A stretch of 62,947 nucleotides of DNA, filler included, from Neolecta irregularis DAH-3 (Eukaryota): NCBI GenBank assembly GCA_001929475.1. It is 8 parts of 8 records of this genome, joined end to end, with 100 filler letters (N's around TTAATTAATTAA, not from the genome) between each part and the next. Parts side by side here need not be neighbours in the genome. Positions count along the whole stretch, not along the records: positions 46,222 to 57,008 come from LXFE01002793.1; positions 57,109 to 58,637 come from LXFE01002808.1; positions 58,738 to 60,409 come from LXFE01002809.1; positions 60,510 to 61,680 come from LXFE01002814.1; 4 more parts are not named here. The stretch is one strand, 5' to 3'. The notes below the pieces were generated by a model. The model was not told the origin of the DNA. It worked only from the letters and a program-made list of their open reading frames with translations, and searched no databases. The position numbers and the translations under genes were made by a program. Within the stretch, counting starts at the first letter, position 1, and each line of letters starts with the position of its first letter. Positions 50,138 to 61,680 of this stretch are shown in pieces.

Positions 50138-51898
50138 TTGACGACTCTTTGGAGAAAAATGAATAAAAGACCTCCTTGAATCTGTCAAAGCGATTTGGGT
50201 TGTTTCCAGGTTGACATGATCATAGCTTTGGGTCAATAAATAGCATATGCATCTAAGAAGGATTAACTTGATGAAACGCTTAAGCGTTAGGCATTTCTTG
50301 AATGGCCGACCAGTGCTCGGAGATGTGCCAACAATTAGGGATCGTTTCAGCTTGACCGGCGTTTTACTCCGGTACTTGCTCTGTCAGTTAAGATCTACTC
50401 TCTGTTTCTACATATTTTACATTTTCAGGCGTTCAGGGGTTTCAGGGATGGATAGGCGCCCCATGCCATGTGCTTGTTATAGACCCTACTTATCTGAACC
50501 TTGCTTTTCTGATTTTTTAATTCTTGTCGATCATTTCATGTTCGTGAAATTGAAAGAATATTTTGCTCTCATGAAGACTTTCTTTGCATTAAACCTCATG
50601 GTGCCGTTGGCAAGCTAATTTCTAAGATTCTCGACTTGGTATAAGGCACCAGGTATTTTTTGTAATGTCAAAGTCAATTACCAGCCTAGTGCCTTTTAAC
50701 ACCTTGGGATTCGCCGATCAACAAAGCTGGTCGCCTCCAAATTTTCATTCATATCCGCAAAAATGCCCTCAGAGATCAATCTTCACGCCCATATCCGTCG
50801 AACATTTAGACGTTTTTCTGACCTAATGGTTCAATTTGCTACACCGTCTTTCTATACGACCAGTAAATGGATAGGAGATATTTTTATAAGTTATCAAGAA
50901 CCTGTCGTAAAGAAATGCTAAACTGGGGATTTTCGCCTAATACGACACTATCGGGACCCCTCATTCAAGCTCCCTTCTCCCCTCACTCACCACGATTTTT
51001 ATAATCACCAACTTCACTTACAAATCACTATCCTATTTATTTCTGACACGGTTCTGTTTTTAACGTCGGTTCTCTGTCTTCTCCAGAGTATCTTCGTACC
51101 GGGAGTATGGGACGTGCTGACGAGTTACCGTATGTAAATGGGGCTTTTAGCTTCCAAAAGCCAATAAGATGTAATTTAAGAAGATTCTTATTTCAATTGA
51201 GCGCATCATCCTTCAATGCTTAAGTTAGTTTCATATATTGTGAAGAATGAGGTGAAGATTTTCCCCATTTAATCGAAAATAGCCCATCGAACGACCACAT
51301 TCTACTGGGAATAAACATCGTTGAGATAAATGGGAAAATATGTCGACGAGAGGAAAACTGGGATATCGCTACATCACTCCACATGTTCGAGTTCCCAATG
51401 ATCGCATTCGCTGTAGTTCTAATATATACAATCTTGCTCCAAACTCTAAGTTCCAAACGGCAATTACCTGGAAGTCGAGAGTTGGATAAAACACTAATGA
51501 TGATTTTCGGTACTATGATCATCTTCGTGTCCATGTTCACCATGTCCGGGACCATCCCAAGGGTGTCTCCAGTGCTGTAGTTGTAATCAGTAGAGAATCT
51601 TAAATAATGGTACCAGCACGACGGGTCCATCCTTTTTAATCCGGTAAAACATCCAGAACCACATCGATGCACCCAAAGCTGTCGCGCTGAATTTATAAAA
51701 TCTGAAGACGGCTGGACTAGCACCAGACATATCTGCGATATCAATCTAGACAAGTGAGATTCAGGTGAGTTGGCGGTGGAGATCTCATTTGGGTCAGAAT
51801 GGCCGTAAATTTGTTTCAAACTGACCTTAACCCATAAAACTCCTTTCTTGATTGAATTATTTCGTTAATCCCAGTCAAGTGTCTCGAGAGACTGAAAA

Positions 51899-53478
51899 AT
51901 GCTCGATATCCTTTCTTTTATTGCAGATAAAGGCGGAGAACCCGAGAAAATTCGGGAATCGCAACGAAGGAGAGGTGCTAGTGTTAAAATTGTGGATGAT
52001 ATTATCGAGATGTACAAGGAGTGGACAAAGGGTGATAAAAGGAATGCCCATATACTCAAGGCTCAGTCAAGTTTGAATTAGATGGGATTAACAAGGAAAT
52101 AAATTCTACTCAAAAGATGATTGGACAAAAACTCAAGGTAATATTCGAAAATATAGGATCTATTTGATGTCAGGGCAAAGAAGACGCCAGTGAATTATTA
52201 AAAAGAAAAGAAGAACTGCAAAAGAAGAAAAAAGACCAAGAACTTGTTGAAAGCGCTAAAGAAGCTGCAATGAAGCAGAAAGTTGCAGGTATCGGAAATA
52301 TTGTTCATAATTCGGTTCCAGTAAGCATGGATGAGGAAAGTTTTTCCCAAACACACCAAAGGGTAATTAGTAGGCCAATAACGAGACTATCCGAACATGG
52401 GCCCCCGAAGGTGTCGTCGTTGAGAAAAAAGACTGTCTATCGCATCATGAAGTACTAACTCGAATTGACGGATACGATCCCGAACGAGGTGTTAAAGTCG
52501 TAGGACATCGAGGATATTTCCTGAAACAATATGGTGTTTTCTTGAATCAAGCACTGATCAATTATGCTTTGAACTTCTTGAGCGATCGTGGTTACACGGC
52601 TCTTCAGACACCCCAGATGATGAACAAAGACGTCATGGCCAAAACCGCTCAACTCGAACAATTTGACGAGGAACTGTACAAAGTTATTGACGGATCAGAG
52701 GAGAAATATCTTATTGCTACTTCAGAGCAACCCATCTCTGCCTTTCATGCCGAAGAATGGTTTGACAATCCAGCCGAGCAGTTACCTGTAAAGTAGATTC
52801 ATCTTAGATGGTGAATGCTGAATACAAGATACGCTGGATTCTCTTCATGTTACCGAAGGGAGGCTGGTAGTCATGGGAAAGATGCCTGGGGTATATTCAG
52901 AGTCCACTCATTTGAAAAGGTAACTTCTTCGGATCTTTTGTCGATCGTGATCAAATAGGTCGAACAATTCCTTATCACGGCTCCAGAGAAATCATGGCCA
53001 GCGTTCGATGATATGATGAAAAACTCGGAAGATTTTTACCAGTCTCTTGGTCTACCATATCGAGTGGTCTCTATTGTGTCCGGCGCCTTGAATAACGCTG
53101 CGGCAAAGAAATATGATCTCGAAGCATGGTTCCCCTTTCAAGGCGAGTACAAGGAGCTTGTTAGCTGTTCCAACTGTACCGACTATCAATCCCGCCGGCT
53201 CGAGATTCGATATGGCGTCAAGAAAGCCGGTGAACGAGACAAGAAATACGTCCACTGTCTCAATGCTACGCTGTGCGCTACTGAACGGACATTATGTTGT
53301 ATCCTGGAAAACTATCAAACTGAAGATGTGAGTGGATTTGTTGCCTGCCACCTGTTTACAAGCATAGGGATTCAATGTTCCGAAAATTTTGCAATCGTAT
53401 ATGGGCGGTAAGAAATTTTTGCCTTTTACAAAGGAATTGCCAAAGGACTCGACTTCGAGCAAACGCGGGAAGAAGTAG
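51899..53478 (+). CDS. SES1: Cytoplasmic seryl-tRNA synthetase, 6 introns
   Basis: [60 protein letters not shown]. Confidence 0.97.
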
Positions 53479-53604
53479 AATAAATCAATTGTTTAGTTTG
53501 AGAGAATAACTAGAATATTCCTGCCGGTCTTTTGTAAATTGTATCATTACAATTCTCTTACAGACGCTAGTAAATCCTTGTTTTTACCAAACGGTTCACC
53601 CACA

Positions 53605-53959
53605 ATGATAAAATCTATAACCATTGCAAAGACGGCTGTATTACTTCTTATTGGGTTTCAGCTATATGTCGTCAAAGGACCCCAAGATGTTCCTGATGTA
53701 ATTGCAAAATTGTATCGTTGTAAGTATACGGTGTCAACTGACAGACAGGAGAGCCTTTGTTGGACCAAAGGTTATGGAAGGGAGTATATATTTACTAGTC
53801 GGTGCACATACTAGTGAAGCTGTTTACGCATTATATCGCGCGCGGTCCCATGGAATGTCTATTCAGGAATCGATCAAGTGGATGTTTTCTGTTTTAGTGT
53901 TTGCCACGTTCAGTTTATATCCACTTATTAAACAAACAAGAGGATTGAAAAGGGAATGA
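53605..53959 (+). CDS. Small membrane protein, TMEM254/DUF4499-like
   Basis: AHTSEAVYALYRA...KWMFSVLVFATFSL; one GT-AG intron. Confidence 0.6.
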
Positions 53960-54433
53960 AGAAGAGCAAGGTAACGTCTGTTTCTTGGAATGAATTATAT
54001 ATGAGCATTTGATTGTGTTTGATTTGTTATCTATTGTTCTAGTGGCGAGTTTTATTGAATTTCCAATGGAATATTGAATGTTGTATTCCGGATCGTCAGT
54101 AAATCTCTAAATAGAATGTCATGACAAGTATACATAAGATCTTGGGATGTATTTGTTTCCTCTTATAGCAACAGTGAATATGAATTGATGTGTTATTTAG
54201 TGAATGTGGGATTGCAACTATATTGTTATCTCGCTTATTAATCTCGGAAATGTATCTAATCTGACGAATACATTCCAGAATATATTCCCACTAATTAATC
54301 CTCCTGGAATTCTCTTGAAAAATCAAGACACCTTCAGTGTACAATGAAACAGACGCTTACATCCCGAATACCATTGGAAAAAAAGAGTAATTATACAAAA
54401 ACAAACCGAATTCCCAATCTATTTAAAACACAA

Positions 54434-55362
54434 TTAAATTTTAACCCGTTTAAACTCTGACGATCGTCCATTAAATCTTTTCTTTCGATCAATTTCTTCC
54501 TGCATTATTTGATCTACCGTCGACGTTATCTTCTTTTGATTTTGAACCGATTGTTTAGAAATTGTAGTTGTCCTTTTCACTGTCGAAAAGATGTTTTGTT
54601 TCTTTTTAGGGAGGGCAACGGGGAGCGTATTGGGAATCGAGTCTTGCTTTCCAGTTGTTTTCCAATCGAGTTTAATCTTTTCGTCTTGTTCACGTATTAG
54701 AACCTTTTGCCTCTCTTCATCCCCTGTCGTCGTCGTGGACTCCTCGTGACTGGCTCGTTCAATTTGTTGCGCAATCAATTTATTCTCGCGATTTTCTTCC
54801 CCTTTGTCTAATCGTTCCCTCTTTCTCACAATTTCTTTACGACGCATTGATTCAGGTGAATTATCAATCCACGACATATACCATCCTTTTTCATTTTGTT
54901 CTACTTTGCAGATTCCTTCGCGACCTAAATGTTTGACGAATTCAGTCAACGTGACCCAATGTGTTCCATTCATGTGAACATGTGATTTATGTGAAATGTA
55001 CCTGCTCTCGTTAAATTATTTTGTGGCAAGGGAGAGATACTCTTGGTAAAAGTGGTTTGCGTTGACTTTCTTTTCTCCGTGAGAGGTTCGTAGTTGTTGG
55101 AGGAAATCATGTTTAAATTGGTTAGAGTACTGTTGTATATGTTTTCGTGGGTTTTCGCCTACGATGAGCATTTGTCGCACGTGTCCTTCTGATGCTACAT
55201 GGCACCGAAACCCATTTTCGTCACGACATTGTTTTTCGCAGACTTGGCAGTACCAACGGAGTCGTTGGAGGCCTTTAGCCTTCATTTTATTGGCGAGATC
55301 TGTTGTTAGCTGGGAGAATAGGGAAGAGTGCATTTCGGTGTTCCTACAGCTGCTTTTGGCAT
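54434..55362 (-). CDS. RTS2: KIN17/Rts2 zinc-finger protein
   Basis: MPKAAVGTPKYLANKMKAKGLQRLRWYCQVCEKQCRDENGFRCH, HVHMNGTHW. Confidence 0.93.
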
Positions 55363-55616
55363 AGTTGGTGGTAGTAGACAAGTCGGTGGTTGGGGGTAAA
55401 TGGATAAGCTATGCACTAGATATATTCCAAGAAAATCAACAATTTATCTTGATTTATAACCAAATGAAACAAAAATGAGAGAAAAAACAATACACCACAC
55501 CATGATCCATTTGAACAAGCAAAAGTCGCAAGAGAAGAGTCTAGTGATGTTTATTAAGATCCTTGCGACTATGACGTGGCAACAACGAGGCAGAGAAACG
55601 AGAAAGAAAATGATTG

Positions 55617-57008
55617 TTACAGTCCTGAGTCGTTAGTGGGCGTAATACAAGACAGACCAAGTTCGCCTGCCTTGCACAGGGTGATATCCCGAACCCATTC
55701 GCTGTTGAGGACTTGCTGGGCGTTGATGCGTCTAGTGGGATTTGGATCCAATATTGAATAGATGACGTTTCTACATCTAGACTAGACTGGTTAAGGGTGA
55801 AATATATGGAGGGTACGCGTTTGAGTTGTTCGATTGGCTCGTAGCCGGCTTCGCTTTTGCGGCCAAGGAGGTATCGTTCAAAGAACTCGTCTTCTTCGCG
55901 TTTTGCAGTTCGCCAGAGGTGGCGGCCTGTGCGCATTGCCATGTAGATGACACCGCAGGCCCAAATGTCTACTGCTCGCGGGTCGAATTCCTTGTCCGTG
56001 TATTCCTCGGGGGCGATGTAGGGGGCGGAGCCGCAGAGGCCGCAAGTGAGATGGGCTTCTTGTTCCCACGCCATGCGGAAGCACTCGCCGTTGCCAAAGT
56101 CTGTGATTTTGAGGGCGCCGTTTGTTGTGAGGAGGAGGTTTTCTGGCTTGAGGTCCCTGTTGGTTAGTGCGGGGCGCCAAAGCAGCCGACCTGTGGGCGA
56201 CACCCATGGAGTGCATGTAGTCTACGCCTCGCATGAGCTGTTTGAAGTAGCAGTCTGCTTCGTCGGGGTCTAGTTTTGTGGAGGCGAGGATGAGGGTATA
56301 GAGATCGCCGCCGGCGCAGAATTCCATGACTTCGCAGTAGTCGCCCTTTGCGTCCTGGAGGAGATCGAGGGTGTGGATGACGTTTGGGTGGGTGAGGGAG
56401 GAGGAGATGCAGAATTCAGAGGTGAGTCTTTTTGTGTACTTTTTCGCGGACTCCTGCGGGCGGCGGCGGAACTCTTTGACGGCGTACAGCTGCTCGCCGA
56501 GGGGGTTTGAGATGTCTGTCTTGTGGGCGATCCTGACTACGCCAAAGGCGCCCTTGCCGATGATCTCCTGGCAGCGGCCGTACTTTTCGACGAGGGTGGT
56601 GGAGGGGGCGCCGTCCTTTTTGATCGCGGCCTTTTCGGACCGCAGCTGGTCGACCCACGAGTTGACGAGGCTGAGCTTCTCGACGCCGCTGTCGTCGCGC
56701 TTGCGGGCTACGGCGGCGGAGAGCAGGTCGCGCAGCATGGTGCGCAGCTTCTCCTGGCGCTTGTGGCAGCGCAGGTGGTGTTTGTGGGCGCCGTCGGGCA
56801 GCACTTGGAAGCGCGGCAGCGGCGGCGGCGGCAGCTGCGGCGGGCGGGCATCACCGGCGGAGGAGGAGGCGGCAGAAACGACGGCGGGATCGGTGTCGGA
56901 GGCGCTGCTTTGGCAGGCGAATTCGGATTCGCGGCGCAGCAGGTCGGCCTTTGCGGTCTGCGAGAACATGCGCTGGAGGCGGGTGCGTCTGCGGGGCGGG
57001 GGCTGGGC
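55617..57008 (-). CDS. SAT4: HAL-family Ser/Thr kinase (Hal4/Sat4-like), 5' end in gap
   Basis: GKGAFG, YAVKEF, KRLTSEFCISSSL, HRDLKPEN, DFGNGECFRMAWE, GSAPYIAPE. Confidence 0.9.
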
Positions 57009-57108
57009 NNNNNNNNNNNNNNNNNNNNNNNNNNNNNNNNNNNNNNNNNNNNTTAATTAATTAANNNNNNNNNNNNNNNNNNNNNNNNNNNNNNNNNNNN
57101 NNNNNNNN

Positions 57109-57470
57109 GGCCTAGAAAGATACTGGCGTTCCCTATTTTCTTCTCTTTTTGTTTCTTGTATTGCTACTTCCGGGGAGGCTGGTAAACCGCTGTGCAGCCT
57201 TCTGCCGCTCCTGGGTTTAGATCTTTGCTGTTTTCCGGTTCCGTTATTTCTCCTGTCCTTTGTACTTGTTCCGGTTGATACCAGCCTGCTGCTGGCGGCT
57301 ATTAAAAGGCCTGGTCTTCTGTGTTGTTAGGTAGCCAATTGTATTAACTTATTTCTGTTTCTAAGTCTTGACGACCCAAGAGACTGAAATCCCATACGAC
57401 CGCGCTCACCAATCAACAACCTATAATCCTATAAACACTTGCAACATCTAGCTACACCCTGCGTGCTTCA
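57109..57470 (+). mobile_element. 5' LTR of an LTR retrotransposon (start lost in gap)
   Basis: Ends in CA, followed by a PBS and gag; homologous to the solo LTR at 13965-14296. Confidence 0.8.
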
Positions 57471-57471
57471 T

Positions 57472-57489
57472 TGGCGACAACAGCAGGAT
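57472..57489 (+). promoter_or_regulatory. Primer-binding site complementary to a tRNA-Ser 3' end
   Basis: TGGCGACAACAGCAGGAT; its reverse complement ATCCTGCTGTTGTCGCCA resembles the fungal tRNA-Ser 3' end including CCA. Confidence 0.8.
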
Positions 57490-57544
57490 CCGTAGTTCGC
57501 CAAACCCCAAACCTTTCAATAATTCACTCTGAAGATTACGTACG

Positions 57545-58571
57545 ATGTCACACCAGTCTGGAACTAGTGATATTACCCCAGCAAGAGCACTAAAAAGTCA
57601 ATTAACTCGACAAGTCCCAAAGTACTCCGGGAAGACTGATCCAACCAGATGGCTTCGAATATTCCACAAGGCTGCCCAAGCTGACAATTGGGAAGAGTCT
57701 GATATGTTGAACAACATGGACCTCTTCCTCAAGAAGCGAGCACTTGGTGTTTATGAGAGTTATATCTCATATACTGATACCCCATCATTCCGAGGCCTTC
57801 AAAAGCGGTTTGAATTTGAATTTGGAATAAGTTCTGGAGATCAGCTACGACTCCAGAGTCGCCTATTCAACATCAAACAACATACGAGAGAACCAATCAG
57901 AACTTACTTCCAAAGATTTTCAAAGAGACTTGACCGATACTCTAGAAGTTTGCAAGATTCAGATGCTATTGCAATTAGTCCTGAATCCTCACTCCTCTTT
58001 GGTAAACAAGCCTTATCAGCTTTTTATCAAGGACTCGTCAAGCAAGATCTTCAGCTTTTCCGAAGAGACAGACCAGGATCTTTGAAACTCTCCGAGAGAT
58101 GATAAATGATATTGAGAACCTTGATAACCTTGCTGAGTCCGATAGCAGTTCAGGCTCCTCAGACTCCGATGCTAGTCATAACAATCAAAAATCTCGTAAG
58201 AATAAGTCATATACTCGAAACTCGAAACGAAGATATAAATCAGATAAAACTAGCGAGGAAGATTCTTCAAGCTCAGATAACAATGAAGGAGATCGCAAAA
58301 ATCATCGTCATTCATCAAATCACAAGATCAAACTTCCTCCGAAATCCAAGTCAGAAGGATTAACTGCCGAAATTGATGAAAAGATCAACAAGCTTGGTAG
58401 TGATCTTAGAACCGATATCTCTGATCTTGTTAATGGGATGAAAAATCTACAAGTTTTCGTGTCAGAGGCTCATCAAGTCCCAGCACTAATTCCACAACCA
58501 ATGCAACCACGAAACTCGAACCAATTCTCCAATTGCAACAATTGTTTCAAACCTGGACATGATGCAAGAGT
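57545..58571 (+). mobile_element. gag: Ty3/gypsy-type gag (frameshift near 58090; zinc knuckle interrupted)
   Basis: VPKYSGKTDPTRWL, IKQHTREPIRTYFQRF (major homology region), CNNCFKPGH. Confidence 0.85.
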
Positions 58572-58637
58572 CAGTGTTGGGGATGGGCTAAAGCCCATGG
58601 GCTTTAAAAAAAGCCCAACCCATGGGTTTTTTTGAGG
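58572..58637 (+). mobile_element. hAT-like terminus inserted in gag
   Basis: CAGTGTTGGGGATGG, similar to the CAGTGTTGTGGATGG termini; GCCCATGGGC palindromic subterminal repeats. Confidence 0.65.
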
Positions 58638-59091
58638 NNNNNNNNNNNNNNNNNNNNNNNNNNNNNNNNNNNNNNNNNNNNTTAATTAATTAANNNNNNN
58701 NNNNNNNNNNNNNNNNNNNNNNNNNNNNNNNNNNNNNCGTCCCTCCCGTCCCTCCCGTCCCTCTCATCCCGCCAGTCCTGGTCCTGCCCATGCCTCTTCT
58801 CCTGTTTCGCCCGCCCATCCCATCCTGCCCGTCCCGCCCACCTGTCTCTCCTGTCTCCATATTGTAATATAAGTAGATAGGCTTGCACTGCCAGTACCCT
58901 TGTCTTAACACAAGTGTACTGACAAGCAAGCCTGCACCTATACTCAAGTATCTTACACATACCATATAATAATAAGTAAAGGAATGGTAAGCATACTTGC
59001 TTACAATAACTCTGTTGGGTGAAAGTTCTTAGGACAAGAAATTTCATGGTTTCACCTACACTGTATTACTTATATTGTTGCCAACATTGAT

Positions 59092-59577
59092 TTACATTCT
59101 ACTTAGTTGCTCTTTCAATGTTTGGTTTGCCTCCCTCAGTTCCATGAGTTGTATTTTACCAATTTCCAAAATCCTTTGCATTTCAAACTTTTGCTTTGCA
59201 AACTGCCTAAGCAATTCAATATGGACATCTTGTATATCCTTCCTAAGACTTCTTTTCAATTTTCCTATTTCAATATTGATCATAGAGAGTATTTGCTCAT
59301 TAATTACTTCTACTTCAACAAAATGAGGTTTTTCATAATCAATTTGATTCTTGAGAGTAGAACATTGATTTAGTTGTAATGTAATCTCTATAGTTGCTAC
59401 TTTCTTTGTTTGATATTCTCCATATAATGGAGATAATGGTGAAAGTGCAGGGAAAAACATGAATGAAGATGTTGTAGCCAACAATAAATATTCAGATAGT
59501 TCTGTAATCTTTTCAAAATGTGAAAGGGAAACTATCGTTATATTATCCATAGAATTATGTACTGTGCTATTTAGTAG
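59092..59577 (-). pseudogene. NEDD1/GCP-WD-like C-terminal coiled-coil fragment
   Basis: LRKDIQDVHIELLRQFAKQKFEMQRIL...ELREANQTLKEQL resembles the NEDD1 C-terminus; cut at 5' by a transposon end; CpG-depleted. Confidence 0.5.
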
Positions 59578-59672
59578 CAGTGTTGTGGATGGACCATGGA
59601 CATTATCCGGCCCATGAAAAGTCCATGGACTGGACTGGGAAAAAGTCCGGTCCATTCAGTCCATGGACCGGA
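59578..59672 (+). mobile_element. hAT-like DNA transposon terminus
   Basis: CAGTGTTGTGGATGGACCATGGAC plus GTCCATGGAC subterminal palindromes; matches 39930-40012. Confidence 0.65.
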
Positions 59673-59749
59673 GGAACTGGATCACGTGATATTAACCAGT
59701 AGGGATTTCCTATCAACCCAACATCCTTGATTTTCCACAACACCCACGC

Positions 59750-60110
59750 CTACCTGCCTCACCAGCCCATCTCGCCTGCCTCTCCTATCTCTCGCCCCCT
59801 TCAGCCTTGCGCGCCTGTCTCGCGCCTCGCTAGTTTCTCCCACCTCGCGCTCCTGCCTGGCCTACCTTACGCGCCTCGCCTTTCCCGTCCCGCCCGCCTT
59901 TCCCGTCCCGCCCGCCTTTCTAGTCCTGCCCGCCTTTCCAGTCCCACCCGTCCCTCCCTTCTCTTCCATCTCGCCCGCCTTTCTCGTCCCGACCCCCTAT
60001 CCAGTCCGCCCGCATTTCCTGTCCCACCCGCCCTCCTGTCTATCCCATCTCACCCGCCTCTCCTGTCTCTCCGGTCTCACTCTCCCGCCCGTCCCGCCAG
60101 ACTCGCTCTT
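59750..60110. repeat. C-rich low-complexity repeat (CCCGTCCCGCCCGCCTTT-like); also at 58738-58860
   Basis: Directly visible degenerate ~18-bp units. Confidence 0.8.
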
Positions 60111-60509
60111 TTCCTATTCTATGCTCAACACCTATCAATGTTTTAAACCTCCACGCGGGCAATAGACACAACCTACCAGCCCATCTGCTCCGATCGTTCA
60201 GTTGAATATCACAATCTCATACAGAATTCTAACGGATACTGTTGTGACATTCTAAATACTTGAATCGCTTAATGTCTCCCTAATATGATCACGAACGCTA
60301 TCTTCTACATTCCAATTTGTAACAACAGCTACGCCCTCCACCGTCTGAATATCCGAGTTTTTCCGATTATCACTGACTTTGTAGTCCCCAATGACAGGAG
60401 GAATGATAGNNNNNNNNNNNNNNNNNNNNNNNNNNNNNNNNNNNNNNNNNNNNTTAATTAATTAANNNNNNNNNNNNNNNNNNNNNNNNNNNNNNNNNNN
60501 NNNNNNNNN

Positions 60510-61680
60510 GCCTGCTGTTCACTGGTATTTACCTTGCAAGTTCCTGACTGACTATTCCAGGTCTGCAGAACATGATTGCAGATTTTGCACAGATTTCGTC
60601 AATAGTCGATTTTCGGTTGATGCAGTTCATGCCATTTCTTGCCAAGTAGGATGTCATACATTCCTAAATTGGCAATATCGAATGTAATTGGAAAGGTTAA
60701 GTGCCCCTTGGATGATGATATTGACATCAATAGTGACACCAATACTTGATCCTGTGCAGTTACTTCAGCATCTTTTGAGTTCGCCATCACAATCTTAACC
60801 TTTTTGCCTGTTGACTTAGTGAGTAACCCAAGCTTTTTAACAAATGTTCGCGAAATGAAGTTATGTATTGCACCATTATCCTTAAGGGTTAGTGCTGTAC
60901 CTTCAATTATTCCTTGATGAACTAACGTTTCAAACTTGATTAGGCCAATACCCATTTCTGAGACATTTAACACCTTCATTGAGGAAGACTTGCTAACAAA
61001 AATAGTTTTATTGAAAGCTAATTCTACAGGGGAGACGAATCTTTCTTGTGGCAAACCCCTCAGCTTTTCCTGACTTGAAGTTATTGACTTGCCTTTGTCT
61101 AGGCTTTTTCCAACATTTGTTTGATCTGTGGCCTAGTTTGCCACAATGAGTGCAGGGAACCTTTTTCCTAAAGACACCATCTACCTCCATGGGGGTGGTA
61201 TCTCTGGTTCCAAAGCTAGATGCCTTCCTTAACTCAAATTTGCGGGTGATTCTAATTGCATCTGGCATAGTTTTTGGATCGCCATTGATTAGCTTCTATT
61301 GGCATATTGGAATCATCAAAAATAACTTGATGAACTGGTGAACAAGCATTGACTCTGGGTCACTAATGTGTAGTTTTAACCTTTGGAATATAGTGATGAA
61401 GTCTGTGATAGATCCCTTCACCTTTAGCTCATCGAAAGTGACCCACTGCTTAAATAAATACCCCTTAGGTATAAACTCTTATCAGAATAATTCAATTAGT
61501 GCTGCAGGTGATGCAGCTTCTTCTATAGTGGCTTTATTACCTTGCCACCATTCCTTAGCATAACCTGCTAAGGAGTTGAAAATTATCCATCACATTTCAT
61601 TTGCATCCAGAGTGTAACCTTCTACTATTGGGGTGGTTTTGATGGAAAACCTTTGCTTCAAAGCTCAATAACTCATTAAC
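60510..61680 (-). mobile_element. Degraded Ty3/gypsy gag-protease remnant
   Basis: TPMEVD, CTHCGKLGHRSNKC zinc knuckle, protease LKDNGAIHNFIS and YDILLGKKW...PKIDY; several stops. Confidence 0.85.

Noticed and set aside
58085-58105. Programmed frameshift in gag
   Set aside because: No slippery heptamer, and it lies mid-gag before the zinc knuckle; more likely a mutation or sequencing indel.
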